Below, in pieces: positions 19,762 through 28,826 of a DNA stretch of 64,000 nucleotides (positions are counted from its first letter, which is position 1; every line of letters begins with the position of its first letter). The stretch is taken from the NCBI GenBank assembly GCA_021775475.1, contig JAJFHS010000053.1:172271-236270 (forward strand), given 5' to 3'. Made by a program: the position numbers and the translations under genes. This DNA comes from Hyphomicrobiales bacterium. GTDB taxonomy: Bacteria > Pseudomonadota > Alphaproteobacteria > Rhizobiales > JAJFHR01. The notes beneath the pieces were generated by a model. That model was not told the DNA's origin. It made no database searches and saw only the letters and a program-made list of their open reading frames with translations.

Positions 19762-20676
19762 ATGAACCATGCTCTGGTAATGTCATTTAAAATAGGAACC
19801 CTGCCCGTGATCAATGAATTTTCACACCTAAAAACCGTCGCCGTGCGCCATCCCCGCGAAGCATTTTCTGGCCATTCTTCGTCCTGCTATATCTGGGATA
19901 AGCTTGATTGGCTCGAGCGCCCGGATGTGGAGGCCGCCAGGACAAAATTTGATGCCTTCATTGAAATTTTGCGCAAATCCGGTGCAGAAGTAATCATGCA
20001 GCCTGCCGGACAGGGACTATCGCCCGATGCACTGTATGTGCGTGATGCCACGTTGATCACCCCGCGCGGAATTATTGAATGCAACATGGGCAAACCGGCA
20101 CGGCGCACAGAGCCCGCCATTGCCGGAGAAATTTACCGCCCGCTCGGGTATGACATTATCGGCGCCATTGAAGCGCCCGGCACCATCGAAGGCGGCGATG
20201 TTATCTGGATTGATGATAAAACTCTGGTTGTTGGAGCAGGTTATCGCACCAATCTTTCTGGCATTGAGCAGTTGAAAAATATCCTAAAGCCCGACGTTGA
20301 AGTGATAACCGTTGATCTGCCCCATTGGAACGGTCCCCGAGACGTTTTCCATCTGATGTCGATGATATCGCCACTGGATGACGATCTGGCGCTGATTTAT
20401 CCCCGCCCCATGCCAGTCTCCTTCATCCACTGGCTACAGGACCGCGGTATTTCTTTAATCCACGTGCCCGACGAAGAATACGACACCATGGGGTGCAACG
20501 TGCTGGCCCTGGGTCCGCGAAAAATTCTGGCCCTTGACGGCAATCCCAAAACCCAAAAGGTTTTGGAAGATGCGGGCTGCGACGTTATCACCTATTCCGG
20601 TTAAGAAATCTCAGCCAAAGGCTGCGGTGGCCCCACATGTCTCACCCGACCGTTAAAACGGGAGATTGATCCATGA
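19762..20676 (+). pseudogene. amidinotransferase-superfamily enzyme (DDAH / arginine-deiminase-like) interrupted by an in-frame TAA at 20602-20604
   Basis: GGDVIWIDDKTLVVGAGYRTN and MGCNVLALGPRKILA motifs. After the TAA, the same frame continues EISAKGCGGPTCLTRPLKREIDP and ends in an ATGA overlap with the next gene (20673). The start is uncertain (TTG 19723, ATG 19762 or ATG 19780). Confidence 0.7.
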
Positions 20677-21608
20677 GCTATGCAAAAATTGAACAACGGC
20701 TGAAGAATGCGGACGTTGTTATCCTTGATGGCGGCACCGGCACCGAGCTTGAACGCCGTGGCGTGGTCATGAACCCGCAAGCCTGGTGTGGACCGGCAAC
20801 ACTCGACAATGCCGCTTTGCTTGAAAAAATCCACTGCGACTACATTGCAGCAGGTGCCGACATTATCACCGCAAACACTTACGCGTCCTCACGTCTGATG
20901 CTTGGGGCTGCCGGATTTGGCGATCAGTTTGCGCAGATAAACCGGATTGCGGTAAAATCAGCACTACGCGCCCGCGAAAAAAGCGGGCGCACTGATGTCG
21001 TGGTCGCAGGCTGTTTGTCGCATATGTGCCCCTACACCGGCGGCATTGCCAAACCCGATCAGACCAAGGGGATTTCCCAAGTTGAAATGGCAGACGGATT
21101 TGGCGAATTGGCCCTGTTTCTGCGCGATGAAGGATGCGATCTCATTTTGCTGGAAATGATGTATTATCCCGAACGTATGGCGCATGCCTTTGACGCAGCA
21201 ATGGCCACCGGTCTGCCGGTGTGGGCGGGTTTTTCAGCCCGACGCAACCAGTCCGGTGAGATTGTCAGCCACGCATCGGAAAGCGATATCCCGTTCGAAG
21301 AAGTGGTTCAGGTGTTGCACGATTACGAAGTGGCCGCCGCTGGCATCATGCATACTCCCTCGGACGTAGTCAGTGATGCCCTGGCCATTTTGCGCAATGT
21401 CTATGATGGCCCCCTCACCGCCTACCCGGATTCTGGCTATTTCAAAATGCCCAACTGGCAGTTTGAAAAAGTCATCCCCGCCGATGAATTCCTGCGCTTT
21501 GCCACTCAGTGGGTTGATGGCGGTGTACAGGTTGTTGGCGGCTGCTGCGGATTATCACCCGAACACATAGCCGCACTCAAGCCACTCAAACGCTCTGGTT
21601 CAATCTGA
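20673..21608 (+). CDS. homocysteine S-methyltransferase family protein
   Basis: ILDGGTGTELERRG N-terminus. Zn-binding C-terminal GGCCGLSPEHI. 311 aa. Confidence 0.85.
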   Translation: MSYAKIEQRLKNADVVILDGGTGTELERRGVVMNPQAWCGPATLDNAALLEKIHCDYIAAGADIITANTYASSRLMLGAAGFGDQFAQINRIAVKSALRAREKSGRTDVVVAGCLSHMCPYTGGIAKPDQTKGISQVEMADGFGELALFLRDEGCDLILLEMMYYPERMAHAFDAAMATGLPVWAGFSARRNQSGEIVSHASESDIPFEEVVQVLHDYEVAAAGIMHTPSDVVSDALAILRNVYDGPLTAYPDSGYFKMPNWQFEKVIPADEFLRFATQWVDGGVQVVGGCCGLSPEHIAALKPLKRSGSI

Positions 21609-22919
21609 CAGGATTGACGAGCGCATATAGGCCAACAGATACATAACCGCAATTCGCGCCGAAACCGTGGTTGCAGAAGCAATGGCAACTCCCGTCAACC
21701 CCAGAGATTTTACCAGAATAATACTCAAAATGAGATTCAAAACAAAAAAGGCTACAATAACCAGTGAAACCGCCTTTTGATGCCCACTGACAATCAAGGC
21801 CTCCTGAATTGGTCCACCTGCCGCCTGGGCGATAACGCCGACAACCAGAATTGTCACAATGACGCTGCCGGACGTAAATTCCGGGCCAAACATGGAGAGC
21901 AGGAACGGCGAGATCAAAATCAGAAATCCCGCCCCCACAAGCGTTGGAATAACCATCCAGATGCGCCCCTTGCGCAGCTGTTGTCGAAACCCCGGCAAAT
22001 CATCATGAGCCCAGGCTTCAGAGAGCCTGCGGGTAATGCCCGAGGCTACCGCCACATGGATGAAGGATAACAGCGCCACCATTTTCACCGAGGCAAAATA
22101 AATACCCAGCGCTTCGGGCTCTACATAGAAAGACAGAATAATAACATCGGTGCTTGTGGTAAGAACAAAAAACCCCTGGGCCAGAAACAGCGGCAATGAC
22201 ACTTTGAGCCAATGGGCCGGCTCAACAATTTTTTCGCCCTCCCCCAGTTCTTTTGTCAGCGGCTTTTTCAAAAACCACCACTGGATCACCGCCACCGCGT
22301 AGCTGGCCAGCAACAATCCGATAACAGCCACCTTGGTGGTGTTATTATGGGCAATAAGCGCAACCAGAGCGGTAAATGCGGTCAAAACCAGAGGGCGAAG
22401 AATATAGGTGGGAAACAGCCCGGAAAAAATCAGCGAACGGCTGACTGCAATCGATTCTTTCAAATGCGTAAACGTCAAAGCGGGAACGCAAAGCAGCGCC
22501 AGCACCACCGGTACAAAATAAATCTGCGGAAATAACGGCTGCATAAAAACGGCTGCCACCACTAAAACAGTCGCAACAGCCACCGACACGCAACTTGTGA
22601 AAAACATGGCAAAATGAACAAAGCCCCGGGCGCGGGCAAAATCCTTAGTCGCGAGGTATCCGGGTAAAAACCGGCCCATAGTGTCATTGAACCCGCTACT
22701 GCATATCTGTCCCAGCGTTGTTGCTATAATCCACGCCAGGGCAAAAACACCATAGTTGGTGGCACCGAGAAAAAAAGCAACGGCCAACTGAACCAGATAG
22801 GCCATGCCGGCACCGCCAACTTTCAGCGCATATATTTTGCCGATTGCAAAAGATATCTGTCGATCGGAAACTCTGTCCACAACTGCATTGAGCAGTTTTT
22901 TGACATACTTCGCACTCAC
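21600..22919 (-). CDS. MOP/Wzx-type oligosaccharide flippase family protein
   Basis: 439-aa polytopic membrane protein with polysaccharide-biosynthesis (Wzx-like) architecture. Call rests on general pattern only. Confidence 0.6.
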   Translation of the reverse strand: MSAKYVKKLLNAVVDRVSDRQISFAIGKIYALKVGGAGMAYLVQLAVAFFLGATNYGVFALAWIIATTLGQICSSGFNDTMGRFLPGYLATKDFARARGFVHFAMFFTSCVSVAVATVLVVAAVFMQPLFPQIYFVPVVLALLCVPALTFTHLKESIAVSRSLIFSGLFPTYILRPLVLTAFTALVALIAHNNTTKVAVIGLLLASYAVAVIQWWFLKKPLTKELGEGEKIVEPAHWLKVSLPLFLAQGFFVLTTSTDVIILSFYVEPEALGIYFASVKMVALLSFIHVAVASGITRRLSEAWAHDDLPGFRQQLRKGRIWMVIPTLVGAGFLILISPFLLSMFGPEFTSGSVIVTILVVGVIAQAAGGPIQEALIVSGHQKAVSLVIVAFFVLNLILSIILVKSLGLTGVAIASATTVSARIAVMYLLAYMRSSILSD

Positions 22920-23261
22920 AGCTGTCTGTCAGTCAAAATCCGGCCTACCACCAATTCTGCGCTTTGATTCAAAAAATCTCTAAAACCCACGAAGCTCTCC
23001 CAATATCAACCAGATAGGGTTGATTCGTGGCGAGAGAATGACACGAAACCGGTATTTTCCCAACTCAGATTTGAGTGCATTATTGAAGGTCAACTGGTAA
23101 AGCAGCTTAATTGGTCAGAATCAATGGTGGGCCTACCTTTAGAATATTAAAATTTCTCATGCTTTACGTTAACGTAAACTACAAACAAATAACTAAAATA
23201 TTTTTTATGCGGTGGTGGCATTTTTTCGTGCAATGAGCGCAGACCACCTTATATTAGCTGG

Positions 23262-25634
23262 ATGTCATCCCATGGATTCTCAACACCAGATCAACCCATA
23301 ACCGGTGCACCGCGCGGCCCCCGGCCCGATGCCGGAACCACCTCAAGCATTTCCGGCGAGGACACCGCCCATTTGCGCCCGCCCGAACCCGGCCTGTCAG
23401 AAGCTGGCGGGCAACCATTCGTGCCGCATCGCCCGGTCATGCCGGAAAAAATGGAAGGCGGCATCGCCTTCAAATCCGTCTCGGAGTTTGAACCTGCCGG
23501 TGATCAGCCTGAAGCCATCAAGGAACTGGTCAAAGGCGTTCAGACCCAGGAGAGAGATCAGGTGCTGCTCGGTGTTACCGGCTCGGGCAAAACCTACACC
23601 ATGGCCAAGGTCATCGAAGCAACCCAGCGCCCGGCATTGATCCTCGCCCCCAACAAGACCCTGGCGGCCCAGCTTTATGGCGAGTTTAAAAACTTTTTTC
23701 CTGATAATGCGGTGGAATATTTCGTCTCTTATTACGACTACTACATGCCCGAAGCCTATGTGCCGCGCACCGATACCTATATCGAAAAAGAATCGTCAAT
23801 CAACGAACAGATCGACCGCATGCGCCATTCGGCCACCCGCGCCCTGCTGGAGCGTGATGATGTTATCATCGTCGCTTCAGTCTCGTGCATCTATGGCATC
23901 GGCTCGGTTGAAACCTATACCGCCATGACCTTCAAAATTGAAGTCGGCGAGGCAATTTCACGCCAGCAACTGCTGGCAGATCTGGTCGCCCTGCATTACC
24001 GCCGCAATGATCAGGCTTTCCAGCGTGGCACTTTCAGGGTGCGTGGCGATACAATTGAACTGTTTCCCGTCCATCTCGAAGACCGTGCCTGGCGCATTTC
24101 GCTGTTTGGTGATGAAGTCGAAGCGATCACTGAATTCGACCCCCTCACCGGCACTAAAACCGACAAGCTCAGCGCGGTTAAGGTCTACGCCAATTCGCAT
24201 TATGTCACTCCGCGCCCGACCTTGCGTCAGGCCGCTAAAGCCATCAAGGAGGAATTGCGTCATCGCCTTGATGAGTTCAACAATGCTGGACGCTTGTTAG
24301 AAGCCCAGCGCATTGAACAACGCACCATTTTTGACCTGGAGATGATGGAAGCAACCGGTTCATGCGCCGGAATTGAAAATTATTCACGCTACCTCACCGG
24401 TCGCGGTCCCGGCGCCCCACCACCAACATTGTTTGAATACCTGCCCGACAATGCGCTTGTGTTTGTCGATGAAAGCCACGTCACAATACCGCAGCTCGGT
24501 GGCATGTTCAGAGGCGATTACAAACGCAAAGCCACCTTGGCCGAATTCGGCTTCCGCCTGCCGTCGTGTGTCGATAACCGGCCAATGAAATTTGAAGAGT
24601 GGGATGCCATGCGCCCGCAATCGGTATTTGTCTCGGCCACGCCGGGAAGCTGGGAACTTGAACGCACCGCCGGTGTTTTTGCCGAGCAGGTCATTCGCCC
24701 CACCGGGCTCACCGATCCTGACGTTGAAATCCGCCCGGTTACCACCCAAGTCGATGATCTCATCGCCGAATGCCGCGAGGTTGCCGCCAAGGGCCAGCGT
24801 GTTCTGGTCACGGTTTTGACCAAACGCATGGCCGAGGATCTCACCGAATATTGCCATGAACAAGGTATTCGCGTGCGTTATATGCACTCCGATATTGATA
24901 CGCTTGAGCGCATCGAGATCATTCGCGATTTACGCCTTGGTGCCTTTGACGTGCTGATCGGCATTAATCTTTTGCGCGAAGGACTTGATATTCCCGAATG
25001 CGCCCTTGTCGCCATTCTTGACGCTGACAAGGAGGGGTTTTTGAGGTCTGAAACCTCGCTGGTGCAAACCATTGGCCGCGCTGCCCGCAATGTCGAGGGC
25101 CGGGTCATCCTCTATGCCGACAGGATCACCGGCTCGATGGAGCGCGCGATGCGCGAAACCGATCGCCGCCGCGAAAAACAGGAAGCCTATAACAAGGCCC
25201 ACAACATCACCCCGGAAAGCGTGCGCAAAAACATAACCGACGTCATGAAATCGGTTTACGAGGGCGATCATGTCACCGCTGATGCCGGCTTTGCTGAAGA
25301 CGGCCACCTGATTGGCAATAACCTTACGGCCCATCTTGAGGATCTTGAAAAACGCATGCGCGATGCCGCCGCCGATCTTGAATTTGAAGAGGCCGCCCGT
25401 TTGCGCGATGAAGTAAAACGCCTACGCCAGACCGAGCTACTTATCGCCAATGATCCCCTTGCCAGTCAACTGTCGATAGAGCGCGCCGCCGGTCGCTACG
25501 ATGCCAGTCGTCCGCACAAGCCCCCCCTTGACGATATGGGGCCGGGGACCGACCAACCAAAACCCCTGCGCCAGCCAGGCTCAACCAGCGGCAAACCCGG
25601 CACCCGCACCTATAGGAAAAAAGGCCGCCGATAG
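23262..25634 (+). CDS. uvrB: excinuclease ABC subunit B
   Basis: Walker [13 protein letters not shown] box (FVDESHVT). Helicase motifs. C-terminal UVR domain ([16 protein letters not shown]). Long N- and C-terminal extensions, so the true start may lie downstream of 23262. Confidence 0.93.
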   Translation: MSSHGFSTPDQPITGAPRGPRPDAGTTSSISGEDTAHLRPPEPGLSEAGGQPFVPHRPVMPEKMEGGIAFKSVSEFEPAGDQPEAIKELVKGVQTQERDQVLLGVTGSGKTYTMAKVIEATQRPALILAPNKTLAAQLYGEFKNFFPDNAVEYFVSYYDYYMPEAYVPRTDTYIEKESSINEQIDRMRHSATRALLERDDVIIVASVSCIYGIGSVETYTAMTFKIEVGEAISRQQLLADLVALHYRRNDQAFQRGTFRVRGDTIELFPVHLEDRAWRISLFGDEVEAITEFDPLTGTKTDKLSAVKVYANSHYVTPRPTLRQAAKAIKEELRHRLDEFNNAGRLLEAQRIEQRTIFDLEMMEATGSCAGIENYSRYLTGRGPGAPPPTLFEYLPDNALVFVDESHVTIPQLGGMFRGDYKRKATLAEFGFRLPSCVDNRPMKFEEWDAMRPQSVFVSATPGSWELERTAGVFAEQVIRPTGLTDPDVEIRPVTTQVDDLIAECREVAAKGQRVLVTVLTKRMAEDLTEYCHEQGIRVRYMHSDIDTLERIEIIRDLRLGAFDVLIGINLLREGLDIPECALVAILDADKEGFLRSETSLVQTIGRAARNVEGRVILYADRITGSMERAMRETDRRREKQEAYNKAHNITPESVRKNITDVMKSVYEGDHVTADAGFAEDGHLIGNNLTAHLEDLEKRMRDAAADLEFEEAARLRDEVKRLRQTELLIANDPLASQLSIERAAGRYDASRPHKPPLDDMGPGTDQPKPLRQPGSTSGKPGTRTYRKKGRR

Positions 25635-25719
25635 ACGTTAAGGCAGAATTCTGGCAAATTGGAGCGTTGAATTTCATAGAACATTGGGAGTTGAGGTTAA
25701 GTTGATTCGGTATTTTTTG

Positions 25720-26853
25720 ATGATTTTTTTGCTGCTTGTCGGCATACCTCACGCTGCCCGGGCAGATGAAGTCAAGGATTGTCTTAAAGGTCAGGGATAT
25801 GTTCAAATTCAGGGCTGTTCTACCATCATCTCGACAAAACAGGCGTTTGGCCTGCCCATTACCCGCAAAAATCTCGCCATCGCCTATTTCAATCGCGGTA
25901 ATGCCTATGTCCAAACCGCCAATGATGACAACGCCATCGCCGATTTTACCGCAGCAATTGAACTCAACCCTGACGATGTGCGCGCCTATATAAACCGGGG
26001 CAATGCCTATGCCCGCAAGAACATAAACGACCAGGCGCTGGAGGATTTTGACGCCGCCATAAAAATCGACCCGAAGTTCTCTAAAATCTATCTCAATCGC
26101 GGCGGTACTTTTTTTGATGCGGGTGAATACACCAGGGCAATCGCAGATTACGACATCGCCATCACGCTTGCCCCGCAAAATGCCACAGCATTTCAAAATC
26201 GCGCATTTGCATGGCTGCGCCTGAAGAAACCGATCCGGGCAATTGCAGATTTGGGCGAGGCAATTAAGCGCGCGCCCTCGGATGCCGAAACTTACTATTA
26301 TCGCGGCAATGCCTATGATGACATCGGCAAATATGCTTTAGCAATTACAGATTACGATGAGGCCATCAAGCTCAAACCCGATGTTGCCTATTTTCATCTT
26401 TATCGCGGCATCGCCAACGACAATCGCGCCCGGTATGCTGAAGCTGTTGCCGATTATGACACCGCTCTGAAACTCAAACCCAATGACAGTTTAGCCCACA
26501 ACAACAGGGGCAACAGTTATCTTCGCATGGGAAAAATCGACCGGGCAATCGAAGATTACAACCGGGCCATCAAACTCGATTCCAAAAATTCATTTGCCTA
26601 TTTTAACCGCGCCACTGCCTATGATCGCAAGGCAGACAACAACAAAGCGCTGGCAGACTACAATAAAGTTATTGAGTTGAAGCCCAAAAACACTCTCGCC
26701 TACAACCGGCGGGGATTGCTTTACATCAAAATGAAAAATTATGACCGCGCCGTCGAAAGTTTCAACCGCGCGCTGGAAATCGACCCCAACTACACCGACG
26801 CTTTCACCAACCGTGCTATTGTTTACAGGTTGAAGAGCGAGAGCGCCGGTTAG
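25720..26853 (+). CDS. exported tetratricopeptide-repeat protein
   Basis: Signal peptide MIFLLLVGIPHAARA. About 9 tandem TPR units with the recurring pattern A(I/V)ADY(D/N)xAIxLxPxxAxAYxNRGxAY. TTG 25684 is an alternative start. Confidence 0.85.
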   Translation: MIFLLLVGIPHAARADEVKDCLKGQGYVQIQGCSTIISTKQAFGLPITRKNLAIAYFNRGNAYVQTANDDNAIADFTAAIELNPDDVRAYINRGNAYARKNINDQALEDFDAAIKIDPKFSKIYLNRGGTFFDAGEYTRAIADYDIAITLAPQNATAFQNRAFAWLRLKKPIRAIADLGEAIKRAPSDAETYYYRGNAYDDIGKYALAITDYDEAIKLKPDVAYFHLYRGIANDNRARYAEAVADYDTALKLKPNDSLAHNNRGNSYLRMGKIDRAIEDYNRAIKLDSKNSFAYFNRATAYDRKADNNKALADYNKVIELKPKNTLAYNRRGLLYIKMKNYDRAVESFNRALEIDPNYTDAFTNRAIVYRLKSESAG

Positions 26854-26870
26854 CGCAAACGCCGGACTTA

Positions 26871-27554
26871 TCAGCCATCGGCATCAAAAGTATAGACCAG
26901 TCCGGCACGAACAAGGTGCAGACTGCTTAAATCTGCATTGACGTCACCCGGTGTAAATGAATAGGTCTTTTTGCCAAAATCTCCGTAGATATACTCCAGG
27001 CGCAAATTCAGGCTATCCCAGACTCTGGTTTCGATACCGGCACCGACAACATACCCATACTGGGTTTTCTTGTCTGTTTGATTGAAGGCGGTCAAAGTCA
27101 TTTTACCTTCAAGAACACCTAACCCGGCGGTTGCATAGACTAGTGTGTTGTCAAGCGCATAGCCTAATCTGGCCCGCGCAGTGGCGATATAGGGTATCTC
27201 CAGATCAACCTCATCCAGCCGGTTTCTGGCCTCGAGGTTTGCCCAGGTGAAATCGGCTTCAACACCGAACACAATATTTTCATATTGCAGATTGTATCCG
27301 ACAAGGCCACTAAGCGTAACAGTATCGCCGCCCAGTTCGGGATCGTTGCCTACACTGGGTAAATACAACGAATGCAAGGAAGCAACACCAGCGGCAACAC
27401 CCACATAAGGCCCACTCCAGTCCGTAATGCTTGTTCTCATTTCAGCAATAGGCGGCGGCGGGGGCGGGGCGAGGGGATCGGCAGCAAAGGCAGAAGATGC
27501 ACCTGTGGCCACAATGGCTGCGAGACAGGAAACTCGAAATACGCGGTCAATCAT
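26871..27554 (-). CDS. outer-membrane beta-barrel protein (Omp25/Omp31-like porin family)
   Basis: Signal peptide ending SSAFA-AD. Alternating beta-strand pattern. C-terminal aromatic terminus region (AGLVYTF). Confidence 0.75.
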   Translation of the reverse strand: MIDRVFRVSCLAAIVATGASSAFAADPLAPPPPPPIAEMRTSITDWSGPYVGVAAGVASLHSLYLPSVGNDPELGGDTVTLSGLVGYNLQYENIVFGVEADFTWANLEARNRLDEVDLEIPYIATARARLGYALDNTLVYATAGLGVLEGKMTLTAFNQTDKKTQYGYVVGAGIETRVWDSLNLRLEYIYGDFGKKTYSFTPGDVNADLSSLHLVRAGLVYTFDADG

Positions 27555-27667
27555 TACAAAAACTCCGGTTTGACCCGATAGAAAGCTCAACCAAACATAC
27601 TTTATTAACGTTAATTGTCTCCTAACAGCAGGCGAAATCCTTGAATACCGTGATGATTTTTGCGTTG

Positions 27668-28012
27668 TTAAAATATACTCAGGTCAAGCGGTCTGACCGC
27701 ACCCATCCAGATGCCGCCATCACGATGATCGCGCGCAGCATCATCGGTGTTGGGATGGGCAAAAATAACCAGTCCGTTTCGATTAAGCGCAAGATAAGGC
27801 ATGATCTTGTCAAACAGGTTCGGTTTAAAGGCAATCTGAAAGCTCCAGTCAGGATGTGGTCCGACCGGTCGGTCAAACCAGCGGCCAAATTCAGCCTGGT
27901 CAAATTCAGCCTCCATCACAGCCCTTAACGCTTCAGCCTGGAGCTTGCTGTCGGCGTCATAGTAGACATGGGCGTGGTAGTCTTTAATCAGGTCAATGGA
28001 CAGCGTCATCAT
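27668..28012 (-). CDS. DOPA 4,5-dioxygenase family protein
   Basis: 114 aa. YHAHVYYDA near the N-terminus and HPDWSFQIAF ... VIFAHPNT fit this small family. Assignment is from memory. Confidence 0.6.
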   Translation of the reverse strand: MMTLSIDLIKDYHAHVYYDADSKLQAEALRAVMEAEFDQAEFGRWFDRPVGPHPDWSFQIAFKPNLFDKIMPYLALNRNGLVIFAHPNTDDAARDHRDGGIWMGAVRPLDLSIF

Positions 28013-28133
28013 GTGAAAATCGCACCTCGCAAAGAGTTTATAAGTTTGAAATCAAATATCGAATATCTTTGCATGTTTTCGCTGGTGACAAAACAGCACA
28101 TGCAGTAAAATGATGTTGATTCAAGAGGGATTT

Positions 28134-28826
28134 ATGAAATCAGTCAGCCCGGCATTATTGACGGCAATATTCACAGCTCTGGTGACCATCGGATTAATTG
28201 CGCTCCTGTTTCTGTTTCCGGTCAACCTAGACGGGGTTTTTGACACCGACATCGGCTTGAGAAAAAACACCCCAAGCATCTCTGCAAAAAAGAGCTTTGC
28301 ACCCAAAGGTGCAACCCGCAGAGGAAAGGTGCCCCCTCGTGGAGATGTGTCCGCCGCTGATACAACCTCGGCCATGACCATGGATCGTCTTAACACCATT
28401 ATCACCCGGCTGGATGACAAGGTCGAAAAGCCGCGCAACGGCTTCTGGCGTTTCACCGTAAATGGCGCCACTGTTATCGTTGTCGGTGATGAGGCATTTG
28501 ATCGCCTGCGCATTCTTGTCGGCATTCAAAGCGCAAAAGAATTAACGCAAGACCAGTTGCTGCAGATTGCCAAATCAAACTATGACACCGCCCTTGATGC
28601 CCGCTACGCCATTTCCCAGAATATCCTGTGGGCCATGTACGCCCACCCGCTAAAATCGCTTGGCGACAGACAGTTCATTTCAGCCATCGGTCAGACCGTA
28701 AACCTCGCCATATCCTACGGCGACGGCTATTCCTCCGGCGGTATAATTTTCGAAGGCGGTGACGTAAAAGATGTCCAGCGCAACAAGATGATTGAAGAGT
28801 TGATCAAAAAAGGTTTAAAGGCTTAG
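28134..28826 (+). CDS. membrane-anchored/exported CesT/YbjN-like (type III chaperone fold-like) domain protein, paralog A
   Basis: N-terminal hydrophobic anchor (ALLTAIFTALVTIGLIALLFLF). C-terminal domain clearly paralogous to 53700..54296 (shared blocks W.FT....TVI.V.DE...R.RI.V, NFDTALD.RYAI.Q, IGQ.VNLA.SYG). Fold assignment is tentative. Confidence 0.6.
   Translation: MKSVSPALLTAIFTALVTIGLIALLFLFPVNLDGVFDTDIGLRKNTPSISAKKSFAPKGATRRGKVPPRGDVSAADTTSAMTMDRLNTIITRLDDKVEKPRNGFWRFTVNGATVIVVGDEAFDRLRILVGIQSAKELTQDQLLQIAKSNYDTALDARYAISQNILWAMYAHPLKSLGDRQFISAIGQTVNLAISYGDGYSSGGIIFEGGDVKDVQRNKMIEELIKKGLKA

Noticed and set aside
22920-23261. Search for an alphaproteobacterial SOS box (GTTC-N7-GTTC) or a tRNA/integration site in the long gap upstream of uvrB
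   Set aside because: No GTTC-N7-GTTC or GAAC-N7-GAAC match was seen, and there is no tRNA-like T-arm or acceptor pattern. Only the palindrome reported separately was found.
25441-26196. 251-aa minus-strand ORF overlapping the uvrB 3' end and the TPR gene
   Set aside because: It is antisense to a gene with about 9 clearly periodic TPR repeats and a signal peptide. Its own translation is low-complexity (G/I/V-rich), with no motif or SD. It is a typical shadow ORF of a repeat gene.
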